Positions 8,985 to 17,775 are shown, numbered from the stretch's first letter. The stretch: DNA of 64,000 nt from Candidatus Saccharimonadia bacterium (GCA_036488585.1 DASXHH010000009.1:366-64365); one strand, 5' to 3'. Notes: generated from the sequence alone by a model not told the origin. Made by a program: numbers and translations.

Positions 8985-10076
8985 CTAAAATTGGCGCTGG
9001 ATGCAAAAGTTAGCCAGTTCGGTAAGGCGGGAGCGAGCGTCTCGGCCGAGACCGGCTTTAGACAGAGCCTGAAGGCTGGTTTTGAGGAACGACTCGGCTA
9101 GTTCCTGAGTTTTTTGGGGCGCGCCAGTGGCCCGCAGCAGCTCTCGTACCGCCTCAAGCTCGGCGGTGCCGGCGTTGCGATGACCCCAGAGCAGGCCAAG
9201 CTCACGCTTTTGAGCGGAGGTGGCAGCTGCAAGCGCGAAGTGGATGAGCACGGTGCGCTTGCCTTCTTGAAGGTCTGAGAGCACCGGCTTACCGAGCGCC
9301 TCCTCACGGCCAAATACGCCGAGCAGGTCGTCGGTAAGCTGGAAGGCCACGCCGAGGGCCTGGCCAAAGATGGCCAGCTCTCGTTGGGTGCTCTTGGTGG
9401 CGCCGGCAAGCTCTGCACCCACCAAAAGCGGTACTTCGAAGCTGTAGCAGGCGGTTTTGTAGCGGCAGACCCGCAGCAGGGTCTCGAGAGCGGGCGGGCT
9501 GATGGTCGGAAGGGCTGCAGCCACATCGGCGAGCTGGCCGCCCATCTCCTCAAACAGCATGCGCTGAACATGAGCCGCGGCGGCCAGTTTGCGCTCGGCC
9601 GGGAACGGCGCCGTGAGGATGGCCTCGAGTCCGAGGGCCATGGTGGCGTTGCCGGCGAGGAGGGCAAAAGACGAGGCCTGGTGCCAGGCTTCATCGGATT
9701 CGAGCCCCTGCTCCACAAAGCGGCGATGGTACACGCCTAGCACGTTGGGGCGACCATGACGGATGGTGTCGCGGTCGATAATATCGTCGTGAATGAGCAG
9801 AAAATTATGGAACAACTCCTGAGAGATGGCCGCTTGCAATGCCGGCTCGCGCTCGCTACCACCACAACCCTCATAGGCGGTCAGCATGATATACGGCCGC
9901 AAGCGCTTCCCACTGCCGAGCGCCTGATCACGCACCACCCCGAGCAGCTCGGCGTAACCGGGGTCGATTGGATGGGCCCGAGCAATGGCCGATTTGAGCA
10001 GGCGGCTCAGGTGCTCGTCAACCTGGGCCTTAAAGCCCCGCGGCATGACTTGGGGTTGGTCAGTTAAGTGCGGCAT
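8985..10076 (-). CDS. Short-chain polyprenyl diphosphate synthase (GGPP/FPP synthase-like)
   Basis: GKRLRP, FARM 'FLLIHDDIIDRDTIRHG', GQLAD, YKT, SARM 'FQLTDDLLG', DLQEGK; Phe five residues before FARM suggests short chain; start taken at MPHL (10076). Confidence 0.92.
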   Translation of the reverse strand: MPHLTDQPQVMPRGFKAQVDEHLSRLLKSAIARAHPIDPGYAELLGVVRDQALGSGKRLRPYIMLTAYEGCGGSEREPALQAAISQELFHNFLLIHDDIIDRDTIRHGRPNVLGVYHRRFVEQGLESDEAWHQASSFALLAGNATMALGLEAILTAPFPAERKLAAAAHVQRMLFEEMGGQLADVAAALPTISPPALETLLRVCRYKTACYSFEVPLLVGAELAGATKSTQRELAIFGQALGVAFQLTDDLLGVFGREEALGKPVLSDLQEGKRTVLIHFALAAATSAQKRELGLLWGHRNAGTAELEAVRELLRATGAPQKTQELAESFLKTSLQALSKAGLGRDARSRLTELANFCIQRQF

Positions 10077-10164
10077 AATACTAGTTTTGCATCTTGTGGT
10101 CAGTTTTAGGCCATAGTTAAGAAAAAGTTTATCTGGATACCCTATGCTTATGCTAAGGAGAGAT

Positions 10165-10833
10165 ATGCGAATTTTATTGGTTGAGGACGATAGGACCGTC
10201 GCCGAGACTCTCACCGAGGCTCTTGGCTGGTATTTCGTGGTCGACAATGCCTATAGTGGCTCTGAGACACTCGAAATGCTGTTTCAACATGCTTATGACC
10301 TAATAATCTTAGACTACACCCTGCCCGACATCCAGGCGCCACTGCTATACGAGCAGATCCGCAGTATCGACCAGACCGTGAAAGTGCTATTGGTAACGGG
10401 CAATGACAACGTGGAAGACAAGATTAAGATGTTGGACGCTGGAGCCGATGACTACGTGATAAAGCCGTTCGAGATCCGGGAGCTGCGTGCCCGCATCCGG
10501 GCGGTGCTGCGCCGAGGCAACCAACGGCCGGGGTCGTCGTTGATAGTGCTCGACGACCTGCAGGTGGACGTGGCGGGCCGGACGGTGAGACGCCGGGGCA
10601 TTGAGATCAAGCTGCAGCGCAAGGATTTCGATATCCTAGAGTACCTGTTGCGCAACCAAGGTCGGGTAGTGACGCGCGAGATGATTTTGAACCACGTCTG
10701 GACCAACCATAAAGAAAGTTCTGGCAATCTGGTGGACGTGCATATTAAGAAGATTCGCGACCAGATAGACAAACCATTCCAGCACCCGCTGATTCACACC
10801 GTGCCGGGAGTGGGTTATAAAATCGACACCTAG
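10165..10833 (+). CDS. OmpR/PhoB-family response regulator
   Basis: MRILLVEDD, ILD phosphoacceptor, GADDYVIKPF, winged helix 'VDVHIKKIR...IHTVPGVGY'; AAGGAG before ATG 10165. Confidence 0.95.
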   Translation: MRILLVEDDRTVAETLTEALGWYFVVDNAYSGSETLEMLFQHAYDLIILDYTLPDIQAPLLYEQIRSIDQTVKVLLVTGNDNVEDKIKMLDAGADDYVIKPFEIRELRARIRAVLRRGNQRPGSSLIVLDDLQVDVAGRTVRRRGIEIKLQRKDFDILEYLLRNQGRVVTREMILNHVWTNHKESSGNLVDVHIKKIRDQIDKPFQHPLIHTVPGVGYKIDT

Positions 10834-10865
10834 CAGCCGTGAGGCTTACAGGGTGAATTTAAACG

Positions 10866-10877
10866 AAAGGAGGTGAT
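10866..10877 (+). promoter_or_regulatory. Full-length Shine-Dalgarno of the peptide gene
   Basis: AAAGGAGGTGAT is complementary to the canonical 16S rRNA 3' end; GGAGG ends 8 nt before ATG 10882. Confidence 0.85.
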
Positions 10878-10881
10878 ATGA

Positions 10882-10995
10882 ATGAGCGAAGTGATTAAGA
10901 AGGCCTTAACCGACAAGAGCGCCCGTAATACGGAAGCGCTCCGGGCGGTGGCCACCAAGGAGGTCGCGTCCCCCTGGGGCAGCGTTGACGTCTAA
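10882..10995 (+). CDS. 37-aa putative precursor/signal peptide (ComX-like), absent from the ORF track
   Basis: MSEVIKKALTDKSARNTEALRAVATKEVASPWGSVDV*; perfect SD, dedicated terminator, sole aromatic residue Trp32; function inferred from context. Confidence 0.8.
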   Translation: MSEVIKKALTDKSARNTEALRAVATKEVASPWGSVDV

Positions 10996-11001
10996 ATAAG
11001 C

Positions 11002-11030
11002 AGACTGGGCGCGGCTCCGCCCAGTCTTTT
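11002..11030 (+). terminator. Intrinsic terminator after the peptide gene
   Basis: agactgggcg-cggctc-cgcccagtct followed by T-run. Confidence 0.85.
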
Positions 11031-11083
11031 ATGAGAATAACAAAACGCTTATGCTTAAACTAATATGAACTATACTTTGTAAA

Positions 11084-12466
11084 ATGCTTTCCCGACTAAT
11101 CGAACGCACATATAAGCTATTCATTAAACCAAAAACGGCCGATGCCGAACAGCGGCGACAAGAGTTTATTCTAAACATTATTCTGACCGGCTCGTTTGTG
11201 CTGTCGCTGGTGGCACTGTTTGTGGTGATTTTGAATCTGGCGGCTGAGAGGGTGTCGTACACCGGCGAATCTCCGGGAATGGCAGTAGTGAGCGTGGCGC
11301 TATTCGGCGGGCTGCTGGCGATTTCCCGCGGCGGTCGGTTTAAGGTTTCGGGCTACACGATTGTGGCACTGTATTTAATGATGGCCTTTTATACCCTGTT
11401 CCGCTGGGGAATTTCGCTGGCGGAAGGCGTGCTACTGATGGCGCTGGTGCTGGTACTGGCCTGGATTTTGCTGGGGACAATCGGCGGCGTGGCGGCCACG
11501 GCTTTGGCGATGGGCGGGCTGATCGTGTTGGGTTACCTGCAGCAGGAACATTTAGTACATTTTGATTCGAGCTGGATGAAGACGCCCGGCAATATGAGCG
11601 ACGGAGTGACATTTTCGCTGACGTTGTGGGTGATTACTATTGTGTCTTGGCTAAGCAACCATGAAACCGAGCGCTCGCGGCGACGGGCGCAACGCAGTGA
11701 AGAGGAGCTGAGGCGGCAGCGCGACTTGCTCGAGGAGAAGGTGCGCGAGCGGACCCGGGAGTTGGAGATAGCCCAGCATGAGCAGCTTATGCAGATGTCG
11801 AAATTCGCGGAGTTCGGTCGGCTGACCTCGGGCATCGTACACGAACTGGTGTCGCCGTTAATGGCGGTGAGCGCCAACCTGCAGCAGATGAACAACCGGA
11901 CCGCCTCCGATAAGCTGCGCCGGGCCTTGGAGGGAACCAAGCGCATGGAGCGCTACATTCTGGCAGCCCGCAAACAGCTGCAGAACCAAGCCGAGGAAGC
12001 GGAATTTTCGGTCAGCCACGAAATTGAATCGGTGGTGGATTTTCTGGCGCCGTTGGCCAAAAAGCAACAGGTGAAAATTGAGTTTATAAAACTGGGCGAG
12101 CCGGAGCTGCGGGGTAGCGCCATTAAATTGCACCAGATAATGACCAACTTGGTATCGAACGCGTTGGACGCCTACGGAACGGCTGAAGTGGCGAGCCAAA
12201 AGCGGGTGGTGGTGGAGCTGGTACGGGCTGATAGCAATGTAATGATACGGGTGCAGGATTGGGGCACCGGAATAGCGGCGGAAAACTTAGACAAGATCTT
12301 TGAGCCGTTTTATACCACCAAGAGCTCCGACCAGGGGATGGGGTTGGGCTTGTCTTTGGTGAAGGAATACGTGGAGCAAGGGTTTGGCGGCGCAATCTCG
12401 GTGACCAGTGACGATGTAAACGGCACAGTGTTTGCGCTCAGACTGCCAATAAAACGAGCGGGCTAG
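11084..12466 (+). CDS. Polytopic membrane sensor histidine kinase
   Basis: About 6 N-terminal TM segments, coiled coil, H-box GIVHELVSPL, N-box NLVSNALDA, DWGTGI, FEPFYTTK, GMGLGL; TATACT 7 nt before ATG. Confidence 0.95.
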   Translation: MLSRLIERTYKLFIKPKTADAEQRRQEFILNIILTGSFVLSLVALFVVILNLAAERVSYTGESPGMAVVSVALFGGLLAISRGGRFKVSGYTIVALYLMMAFYTLFRWGISLAEGVLLMALVLVLAWILLGTIGGVAATALAMGGLIVLGYLQQEHLVHFDSSWMKTPGNMSDGVTFSLTLWVITIVSWLSNHETERSRRRAQRSEEELRRQRDLLEEKVRERTRELEIAQHEQLMQMSKFAEFGRLTSGIVHELVSPLMAVSANLQQMNNRTASDKLRRALEGTKRMERYILAARKQLQNQAEEAEFSVSHEIESVVDFLAPLAKKQQVKIEFIKLGEPELRGSAIKLHQIMTNLVSNALDAYGTAEVASQKRVVVELVRADSNVMIRVQDWGTGIAAENLDKIFEPFYTTKSSDQGMGLGLSLVKEYVEQGFGGAISVTSDDVNGTVFALRLPIKRAG

Positions 12467-12469
12467 AAT

Positions 12470-14422
12470 TTGGATCAGCGGCGTCGGAGGGAGCTGATGC
12501 ATCGAGTGGCAGAGGAACAGCAACCGGAGGGATGGTTTACTAGTTGGTCGGCGCCAGAAGGTACAACACCTGGTCTGGGGGATGCGCGCCACGCTACCAC
12601 CTTTTTTACGTCCCTGGTGGCGGTCGCGCTGGCGGAGGTGGACGAACCCGAGGCGGAGGTGGTTCGACAACAGTCGGTGGACTGGCTGCTTGGGGAGCGC
12701 GGATCGCAGTGGTCGTTTAACTACTGGGCGCGCGGATCGGAAGAAGCCGCCGCTCTCCCCTACCCCGACGACTGGGACGACACCAGCTGCGCACTGGCGG
12801 CAATAATGCGGCTGCGGCCAGAGGCGGTGAGCGGTGGGGCGTTAGCAGCCATGGTGAATCTGCTCACCGCCACCGAGGTAGCCGAAGGCGGCCCCTACCG
12901 CACCTGGATGGTGAATGCGGAAGCTGGGCCCGAATGGCAGGACGTGGATGTGGCGGTGAATAGTAACATCGCCTATATGTTGAGCCTGCAGAAGGTAGAA
13001 TTACCGAGCTTGTCGGGATTGATAGAGCGGGCGATTGAGGCGAACGAGCTGCGGTCGCCGTATTACCCCACGAGCTACCCGCTAGTGTATTTTGCGTCGC
13101 GATGGTATCGGGGATCGGAAGCGGCGCGCTTGAGGGAATGGCTGAAGTTGCGCAAACGAAACGGCTGGTGGGGCGACCCGCTGCGGACCGCTCTAGCAAT
13201 AACCGCTAGCCTTAACCTGGGGGCGCGCCCGGAGGAGGTGGCGACGCCACTGGCAGTGCTGGCCGGACGGCCACTTGAGAGCTTAGCCCGGGCCTACCCC
13301 TTTTGCTATGATCCGGAGGCGGGCGGGCAACACTACGTAGCAGGGGCGTCGGCCCTGACCACCGCCCTAGTGTTGGAGGCGGACGCCAAGTACGAGCGGG
13401 CTGTGGCGACGACGGGGCGAGACAAGGCGGAGCACGGCGGGCGTGAGGCGGAGTCCGACCGGATTCACGAGCAGGTAGTGAGCCGAGTGCGAGAACGACT
13501 GAATGTTGCCGGGCCCGACCTGGCGGGGTCAGCCAGCTACATCATCGACCGGGTCACGCGGGATGATCCGGCACGGCAGGTAACGCTTCTACCCTGGGTG
13601 TTTCGGCGAGCACTGGGCGAGGCTGGCGAGACGGTTACGGACGAGCGGTTAGTGCTGCTGGGCGCCTTGAGCTTGTTGGGCTGGATGGCCTACACGATTT
13701 ACGACGATTTTCTCGATAACGAGGGTGAGCCCAAGCTACTGCCACTAGCTAACCTGGCCCTGCGCGAAGTGGTGGTGGCCTTCAATTCCGATACGGCCGG
13801 ATCTGGCCTGATGGCAATGGTGGTGCTCGACCTGATGGACGCGGCCAACGCCTGGGAGGTAAACCACTGCCGGGTGGCCAGCCAGGGCGAGCTACTGCGG
13901 GTGGCGCCGCCGGATTATGGCAATTTGGGCCGGCTGGCCGAACGGTCGATGGGTCACGCGCTCGGGGCTATGGTGATGATGTTGGATCTGGGGTATGGGG
14001 CTGACTCACGGGAGGTGGGCGCGGTGGAGGAGTTTTTCCGTCATTATTTAATTGCGCGACAACTCAACGATGAGGCTCACGACTGGAAACCGGACCTTCA
14101 AAGCGGCCATATCAACGCCGTCGGAGCGCGGCTGCTGGCGGCAGTGAGCAACCGCGGAGACAGCGTGGAACGGCTGTACGACGGGCTCGAGCAGGTGTTT
14201 TGGGAACAAGAGATCGGGCCGGTCTGTGAGCGGGTACTAGAGGAGTTAACGCTGGCGCGGGCGGCGCTGGCGCGGGCCGATGTGTCTCGTCCCGAGGAGC
14301 TGGAGGTGCTGCTCGAGCCAGTAGCTGCAGCCGCCCACCGGGCCCTAGAGGGGCAACGTCAAACATTGGATTTTTTGCAGGCCTATCGAGATAAAACCGG
14401 AAACGGTGGAAAAATACAGTAA
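12470..14422 (+). CDS. Two-domain terpene synthase/prenyltransferase-like protein (class II DxDD domain + class I isoprenoid synthase domain)
   Basis: N-half PDDWDDTS (DxDD), QW-like motifs, DVDVAVNSN; C-half YDDFLD (DDxxD) and QLNDEAHDW; starts 3 nt after the kinase stop. Confidence 0.72.
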   Translation: MDQRRRRELMHRVAEEQQPEGWFTSWSAPEGTTPGLGDARHATTFFTSLVAVALAEVDEPEAEVVRQQSVDWLLGERGSQWSFNYWARGSEEAAALPYPDDWDDTSCALAAIMRLRPEAVSGGALAAMVNLLTATEVAEGGPYRTWMVNAEAGPEWQDVDVAVNSNIAYMLSLQKVELPSLSGLIERAIEANELRSPYYPTSYPLVYFASRWYRGSEAARLREWLKLRKRNGWWGDPLRTALAITASLNLGARPEEVATPLAVLAGRPLESLARAYPFCYDPEAGGQHYVAGASALTTALVLEADAKYERAVATTGRDKAEHGGREAESDRIHEQVVSRVRERLNVAGPDLAGSASYIIDRVTRDDPARQVTLLPWVFRRALGEAGETVTDERLVLLGALSLLGWMAYTIYDDFLDNEGEPKLLPLANLALREVVVAFNSDTAGSGLMAMVVLDLMDAANAWEVNHCRVASQGELLRVAPPDYGNLGRLAERSMGHALGAMVMMLDLGYGADSREVGAVEEFFRHYLIARQLNDEAHDWKPDLQSGHINAVGARLLAAVSNRGDSVERLYDGLEQVFWEQEIGPVCERVLEELTLARAALARADVSRPEELEVLLEPVAAAAHRALEGQRQTLDFLQAYRDKTGNGGKIQ

Positions 14423-14447
14423 CGCGGCCGTGTTACGATTAAGCATT

Positions 14448-15242
14448 ATGAAGAAACTGAAACTGCTGGCCTACACATTGAGCCTAGCCGGAATGCTTGC
14501 AGCGGCGCCGGTGCTAGCGGCCAAACCAGCGGGAGCCGGCAAAATCGGCCCCGGCCTGGGCATGGACGTGTCTTATCCGCAATGCGGCAAGAGCCTACCG
14601 ACGACTCCGGCGTTTGCAGTGGTGGGCGTGAACGGGGGCGTGGCTAACAATTTCAACCGTTGTTTTAGCTCGGAGCTGACCTGGGCCGAGGGTGCCAGTG
14701 GTGGCACACAGCAGCCGAAGGTGTCAGTGTACGTAAACACCGGCAACCCCGGCGACGTGTTGGCCCAATACAATCTGGCCGATTGGCCGACCAGCACCAA
14801 CCCGGCCGATCCGTACGGCTCATGCATGGGCGTGTGGACCGATGACTTGGCCTGCTCTTGGGAGTACGGCTATGAGCGGGCGCAAGGCGATGTGGGTTAC
14901 GCCGGCAGTGGTGCGCGCAGATGGTGGCTGGACGTTGAGACTTCCAACAGCTGGACTATCGATGCCGCCAAAAATCGTGCAGCGCTCGAGGGCATGGTGT
15001 ATGGGCTGACTGAGGCCGGCGGCACGGTGGGGCTGTACTCCACGGCTGGTGCCTGGTCTAGCGTTGCAGGTGCCGTGCCCATGGCCAGTCCGCTGTACGC
15101 GTTGCCGGAGTGGCGACCGGGCGCCGAAACCCAGCGCCAGGCACAAAGCAATTGCAGCCTCTCCCCTCTTACTGGCGGTGGTCACATCACGCTCACACAA
15201 TACACCACCACGCTCGATTACGATTACAGCTGCATTAACTAA
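14448..15242 (+). CDS. Secreted glycoside hydrolase, GH25/DUF1906-like (putative muramidase)
   Basis: Signal peptide MKKLKLL...VLA; GMDVSYPQ, WWLDVE and VGLYS motifs of GH25-type barrels. Confidence 0.65.
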   Translation: MKKLKLLAYTLSLAGMLAAAPVLAAKPAGAGKIGPGLGMDVSYPQCGKSLPTTPAFAVVGVNGGVANNFNRCFSSELTWAEGASGGTQQPKVSVYVNTGNPGDVLAQYNLADWPTSTNPADPYGSCMGVWTDDLACSWEYGYERAQGDVGYAGSGARRWWLDVETSNSWTIDAAKNRAALEGMVYGLTEAGGTVGLYSTAGAWSSVAGAVPMASPLYALPEWRPGAETQRQAQSNCSLSPLTGGGHITLTQYTTTLDYDYSCIN

Positions 15243-16777
15243 GACGTAGTCATGTCGTCGGAAACGGGAGCTGGGTCGGCTGGTGACTCAACCGGGGCGC
15301 TACTGTGACCCAGGTGCTCCTTCACCACGGCGGCTTTAGCCGGGCCAATGGCGGCCGCTACCTCCTCCTGGGTGGCCTGCCGCACGCCGCGCACCGACCC
15401 GAAGCGCCGGATGAGCGTTTTGCGGGTGGCCGGGCCGATCCCGGGTATGGCATCGAGCAGGCTCTGGGTTTGGCGTTTGCCGCGTAGGATCGACTGGTAG
15501 GTAATGGCAAAACGGTGGGCTTCGTCACGCACCCGTTGCAGAAGTTTGAGCACATGGCTGGAGGGCGGTAGCAGGATGGTTTCGAAATCCTGGTTGGTGG
15601 TGACCCAAGCCTCGTCTTCGTAATGGCCCGGGTCAACCACGCGCGACTCTGGCCGGCGGCGAATTATTTCCTCCTCGCGCTTAGCCAGGCCGATAGCCGG
15701 AATGCCGAGCCCCATGGCATCGAGCACGCTGAGCGCGGCTGCCAGCTGACCCTTGCCGCCGTCAATCAGTAGCAGGTCGGGTTTGGGCCATTCTTCGAGG
15801 TGTTTGGGGCCGAAGCGGCGAGCGAGTACCTCGCGCATGTGGGCGAAATCATCGTTGCCGGCGAGGTGCATTTTGAAGCGGCGGTACTCGTCACGGTTGG
15901 GCACACCGTCCGAAAACACCACCATGCTGGCGACATTATCGGTGCCGCCGAGGTGTGAGATGTCGTAGGCCTCGATGCGACGAGGAATGCCCTTGAGCTC
16001 CAGCCGCTCGGACAGGCCGGTGAGCGCTTGGTCGCGGGTGAGGTCGAAGGCCTCTTTGTCGCCGAATACCATTTGCTTGCCAAACGCGCGTAGGTCGGCC
16101 AGCTGGTCGCGGCGGCGAGCGGCCTCTTCGTAGTGCTTGCGCCCCGCGAGTTGGGCCATTTCACGCTCAAGCTGGTCCATGAGCTTGGTCTGTTCGCCTT
16201 TTAGATAAAGTTCTAGCTTGCGAATGTTCTTGCGGTAATCGGCTACAGTGATCGCGCCTTCTTCCGGCCCCGGACACAGCCCCAGGTGGTATTGCAGGCA
16301 GCCGCGGGCGGGCCATTTGTCGTGTGTGACATACGGAAACACTTTGCGCAACATGCGCATGGCCCGGCGCAGAGCATCACTGGAAGTAAACGGTCCGTAG
16401 TAATGAGCCTTATCATCCAAGGGCCGGCGGACGTATGACACCACCGGAAATTCCTCCGCACTGATCTTCACATAAATGAAGTTTTTCTCGTCTTTCCAAT
16501 CGATGTTGTATTTGGGCTTGTAACGCTTTATGAACTCAGATTCCAGGAACAGCGCTTCGGCCTCACTGCCAGCGATGATCCATTCAGTGTCCGCAATTTC
16601 GGCCACTAGCAGCCGGGTCTTGGGGTCCTTGCGGCCATTCTGGAAGTAACTCATGACACGGTTTTTGAGCACGGCGGCTTTGCCGATGTAAATAATCTTT
16701 TTGTCGGCATCGCGATGGAAATACACACCAGGTTCGGCGGGTAGGGTTTTGAGTTTGGCTTTTAGAGCGTCGGTCAT
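15239..16777 (-). CDS. uvrC: Excinuclease ABC subunit C
   Basis: GIY-YIG 'PGVY...IYIGKA', UVR domain, RIEAYDISH, LIDGGKGQ, RDEAHRFA, HhH. Confidence 0.97.
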   Translation of the reverse strand: MTDALKAKLKTLPAEPGVYFHRDADKKIIYIGKAAVLKNRVMSYFQNGRKDPKTRLLVAEIADTEWIIAGSEAEALFLESEFIKRYKPKYNIDWKDEKNFIYVKISAEEFPVVSYVRRPLDDKAHYYGPFTSSDALRRAMRMLRKVFPYVTHDKWPARGCLQYHLGLCPGPEEGAITVADYRKNIRKLELYLKGEQTKLMDQLEREMAQLAGRKHYEEAARRRDQLADLRAFGKQMVFGDKEAFDLTRDQALTGLSERLELKGIPRRIEAYDISHLGGTDNVASMVVFSDGVPNRDEYRRFKMHLAGNDDFAHMREVLARRFGPKHLEEWPKPDLLLIDGGKGQLAAALSVLDAMGLGIPAIGLAKREEEIIRRRPESRVVDPGHYEDEAWVTTNQDFETILLPPSSHVLKLLQRVRDEAHRFAITYQSILRGKRQTQSLLDAIPGIGPATRKTLIRRFGSVRGVRQATQEEVAAAIGPAKAAVVKEHLGHSSAPVESPADPAPVSDDMTTS

Positions 16778-16798
16778 AGGTTTATTATATCTGTTATC

Positions 16799-16827
16799 AA
16801 AAAGACCCGCTTGCTGGCGGGCCTTTT
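16799..16827 (-). terminator. Intrinsic terminator
   Basis: aaaaagacccgc...gcgggcctttt downstream of the KGG gene. Confidence 0.6.
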
Positions 16828-16847
16828 GAATTTAAGGGCCAAGGGGT

Positions 16848-17090
16848 TTACACGGCTTCGTCCATGTCTTCGTCCTCGCTCGCCCGACCTCGAGCCTCAC
16901 CGCCCTTGCGGCCGGCCGCTTCTACATCTTCTTTCGGACGGTTGGCGAAGTTTCCAGGGTTGTTTTGCTTACCTTGCTTCTTGCCGATTTCTGAATAAAA
17001 CTCGGAACCGCGCTCGTTTCGGACCTTCTCTCCGCCCATCCTGCCGGCCTGCGAGGTGGTCATCGAACCGTCTTTGCTCTTGTCTGCCAT
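16848..17090 (-). CDS. KGG-repeat general stress protein (YciG/GsiB/Con-10-like)
   Basis: AGRMGG, FYSEIGKKQG, GNFANRPKE, AGRKGG; GGAG SD. Confidence 0.88.
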   Translation of the reverse strand: MADKSKDGSMTTSQAGRMGGEKVRNERGSEFYSEIGKKQGKQNNPGNFANRPKEDVEAAGRKGGEARGRASEDEDMDEAV

Positions 17091-17211
17091 ATACGGGATT
17101 TCTCCACTTAATTAAAGCGAAGATTAACAGCCTGGACCGGTGGAGTCACTTACGAAATTCACAAGAAGCCGGCGCCTGTTGGGCCCTAATATCATGGATA
17201 TAGCTTAGCCG

Positions 17212-17694
17212 TTAAAGGCTGGGTGAAGTGCCGATTTGACCTTGAATTTGCAATTCAGACCGAAAGCCAGGCTGGAGGGAATCGGGACCAGAGGCAGGTT
17301 GGTAGGCTGAGGTGGCCATAAGGGAGGCTGGGCTGCCAGCCTGGGCTTGCTGGATGCTGGTGGCAGGCTGCACGGTGAGATTGGGCTGTGCGGGGGTGGC
17401 GGCAAGACCGATAGCGGGAGTAGCGGCGGTGGCTGGCTGGATGGTGGCCTCAGCAATGGGAGTAGGCGGCTGGGTAGTGTCGGCGGTGCGGGATTGCAGA
17501 ATGAGTTGCCCAATGCCGGCGCCGGCTGCGATGGTGGCTAGCGCCCAGACAACCCAGAGCAATGGCTTCAGGCTCGACCGGCTGAGGCTAGGGACGACAA
17601 CTGAGCGCATCGGCGGCGCCAGAGTAAGTGATTCATGGAAGGGTTCGGGTTGATTTTGGGGGGGTTTGGTGGCTTTTGTCATGGCTTTCCTCAT
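17212..17694 (-). CDS. Hypothetical single-TM protein with Pro/Thr/Ala-rich tail
   Basis: GGAGGG SD, one hydrophobic helix, low-complexity C-terminus. Confidence 0.6.
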   Translation of the reverse strand: MRKAMTKATKPPQNQPEPFHESLTLAPPMRSVVVPSLSRSSLKPLLWVVWALATIAAGAGIGQLILQSRTADTTQPPTPIAEATIQPATAATPAIGLAATPAQPNLTVQPATSIQQAQAGSPASLMATSAYQPASGPDSLQPGFRSELQIQGQIGTSPSL

Positions 17695-17775
17695 TGTTTC
17701 ACCCTCCGTAATTTCGGATAGTTTATAACGAGCAGCGCCATTTTGCTAGTTTCTAAAGCCAAAAAGCTTGGCTTA

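Noticed and set aside
10144-10247. Apparent head-to-head overlap of prenyl synthase and response regulator in the ORF track
   Set aside because: Artefact of longest-ORF starts; plausible starts at 10076 and 10165 leave an 88-bp gap.
10878-10898. Alternative ATG after the strong SD giving MNERSD*
   Set aside because: The ATG abuts the SD and encodes only 6 aa; ATG 10882 has proper spacing and runs to the terminator.
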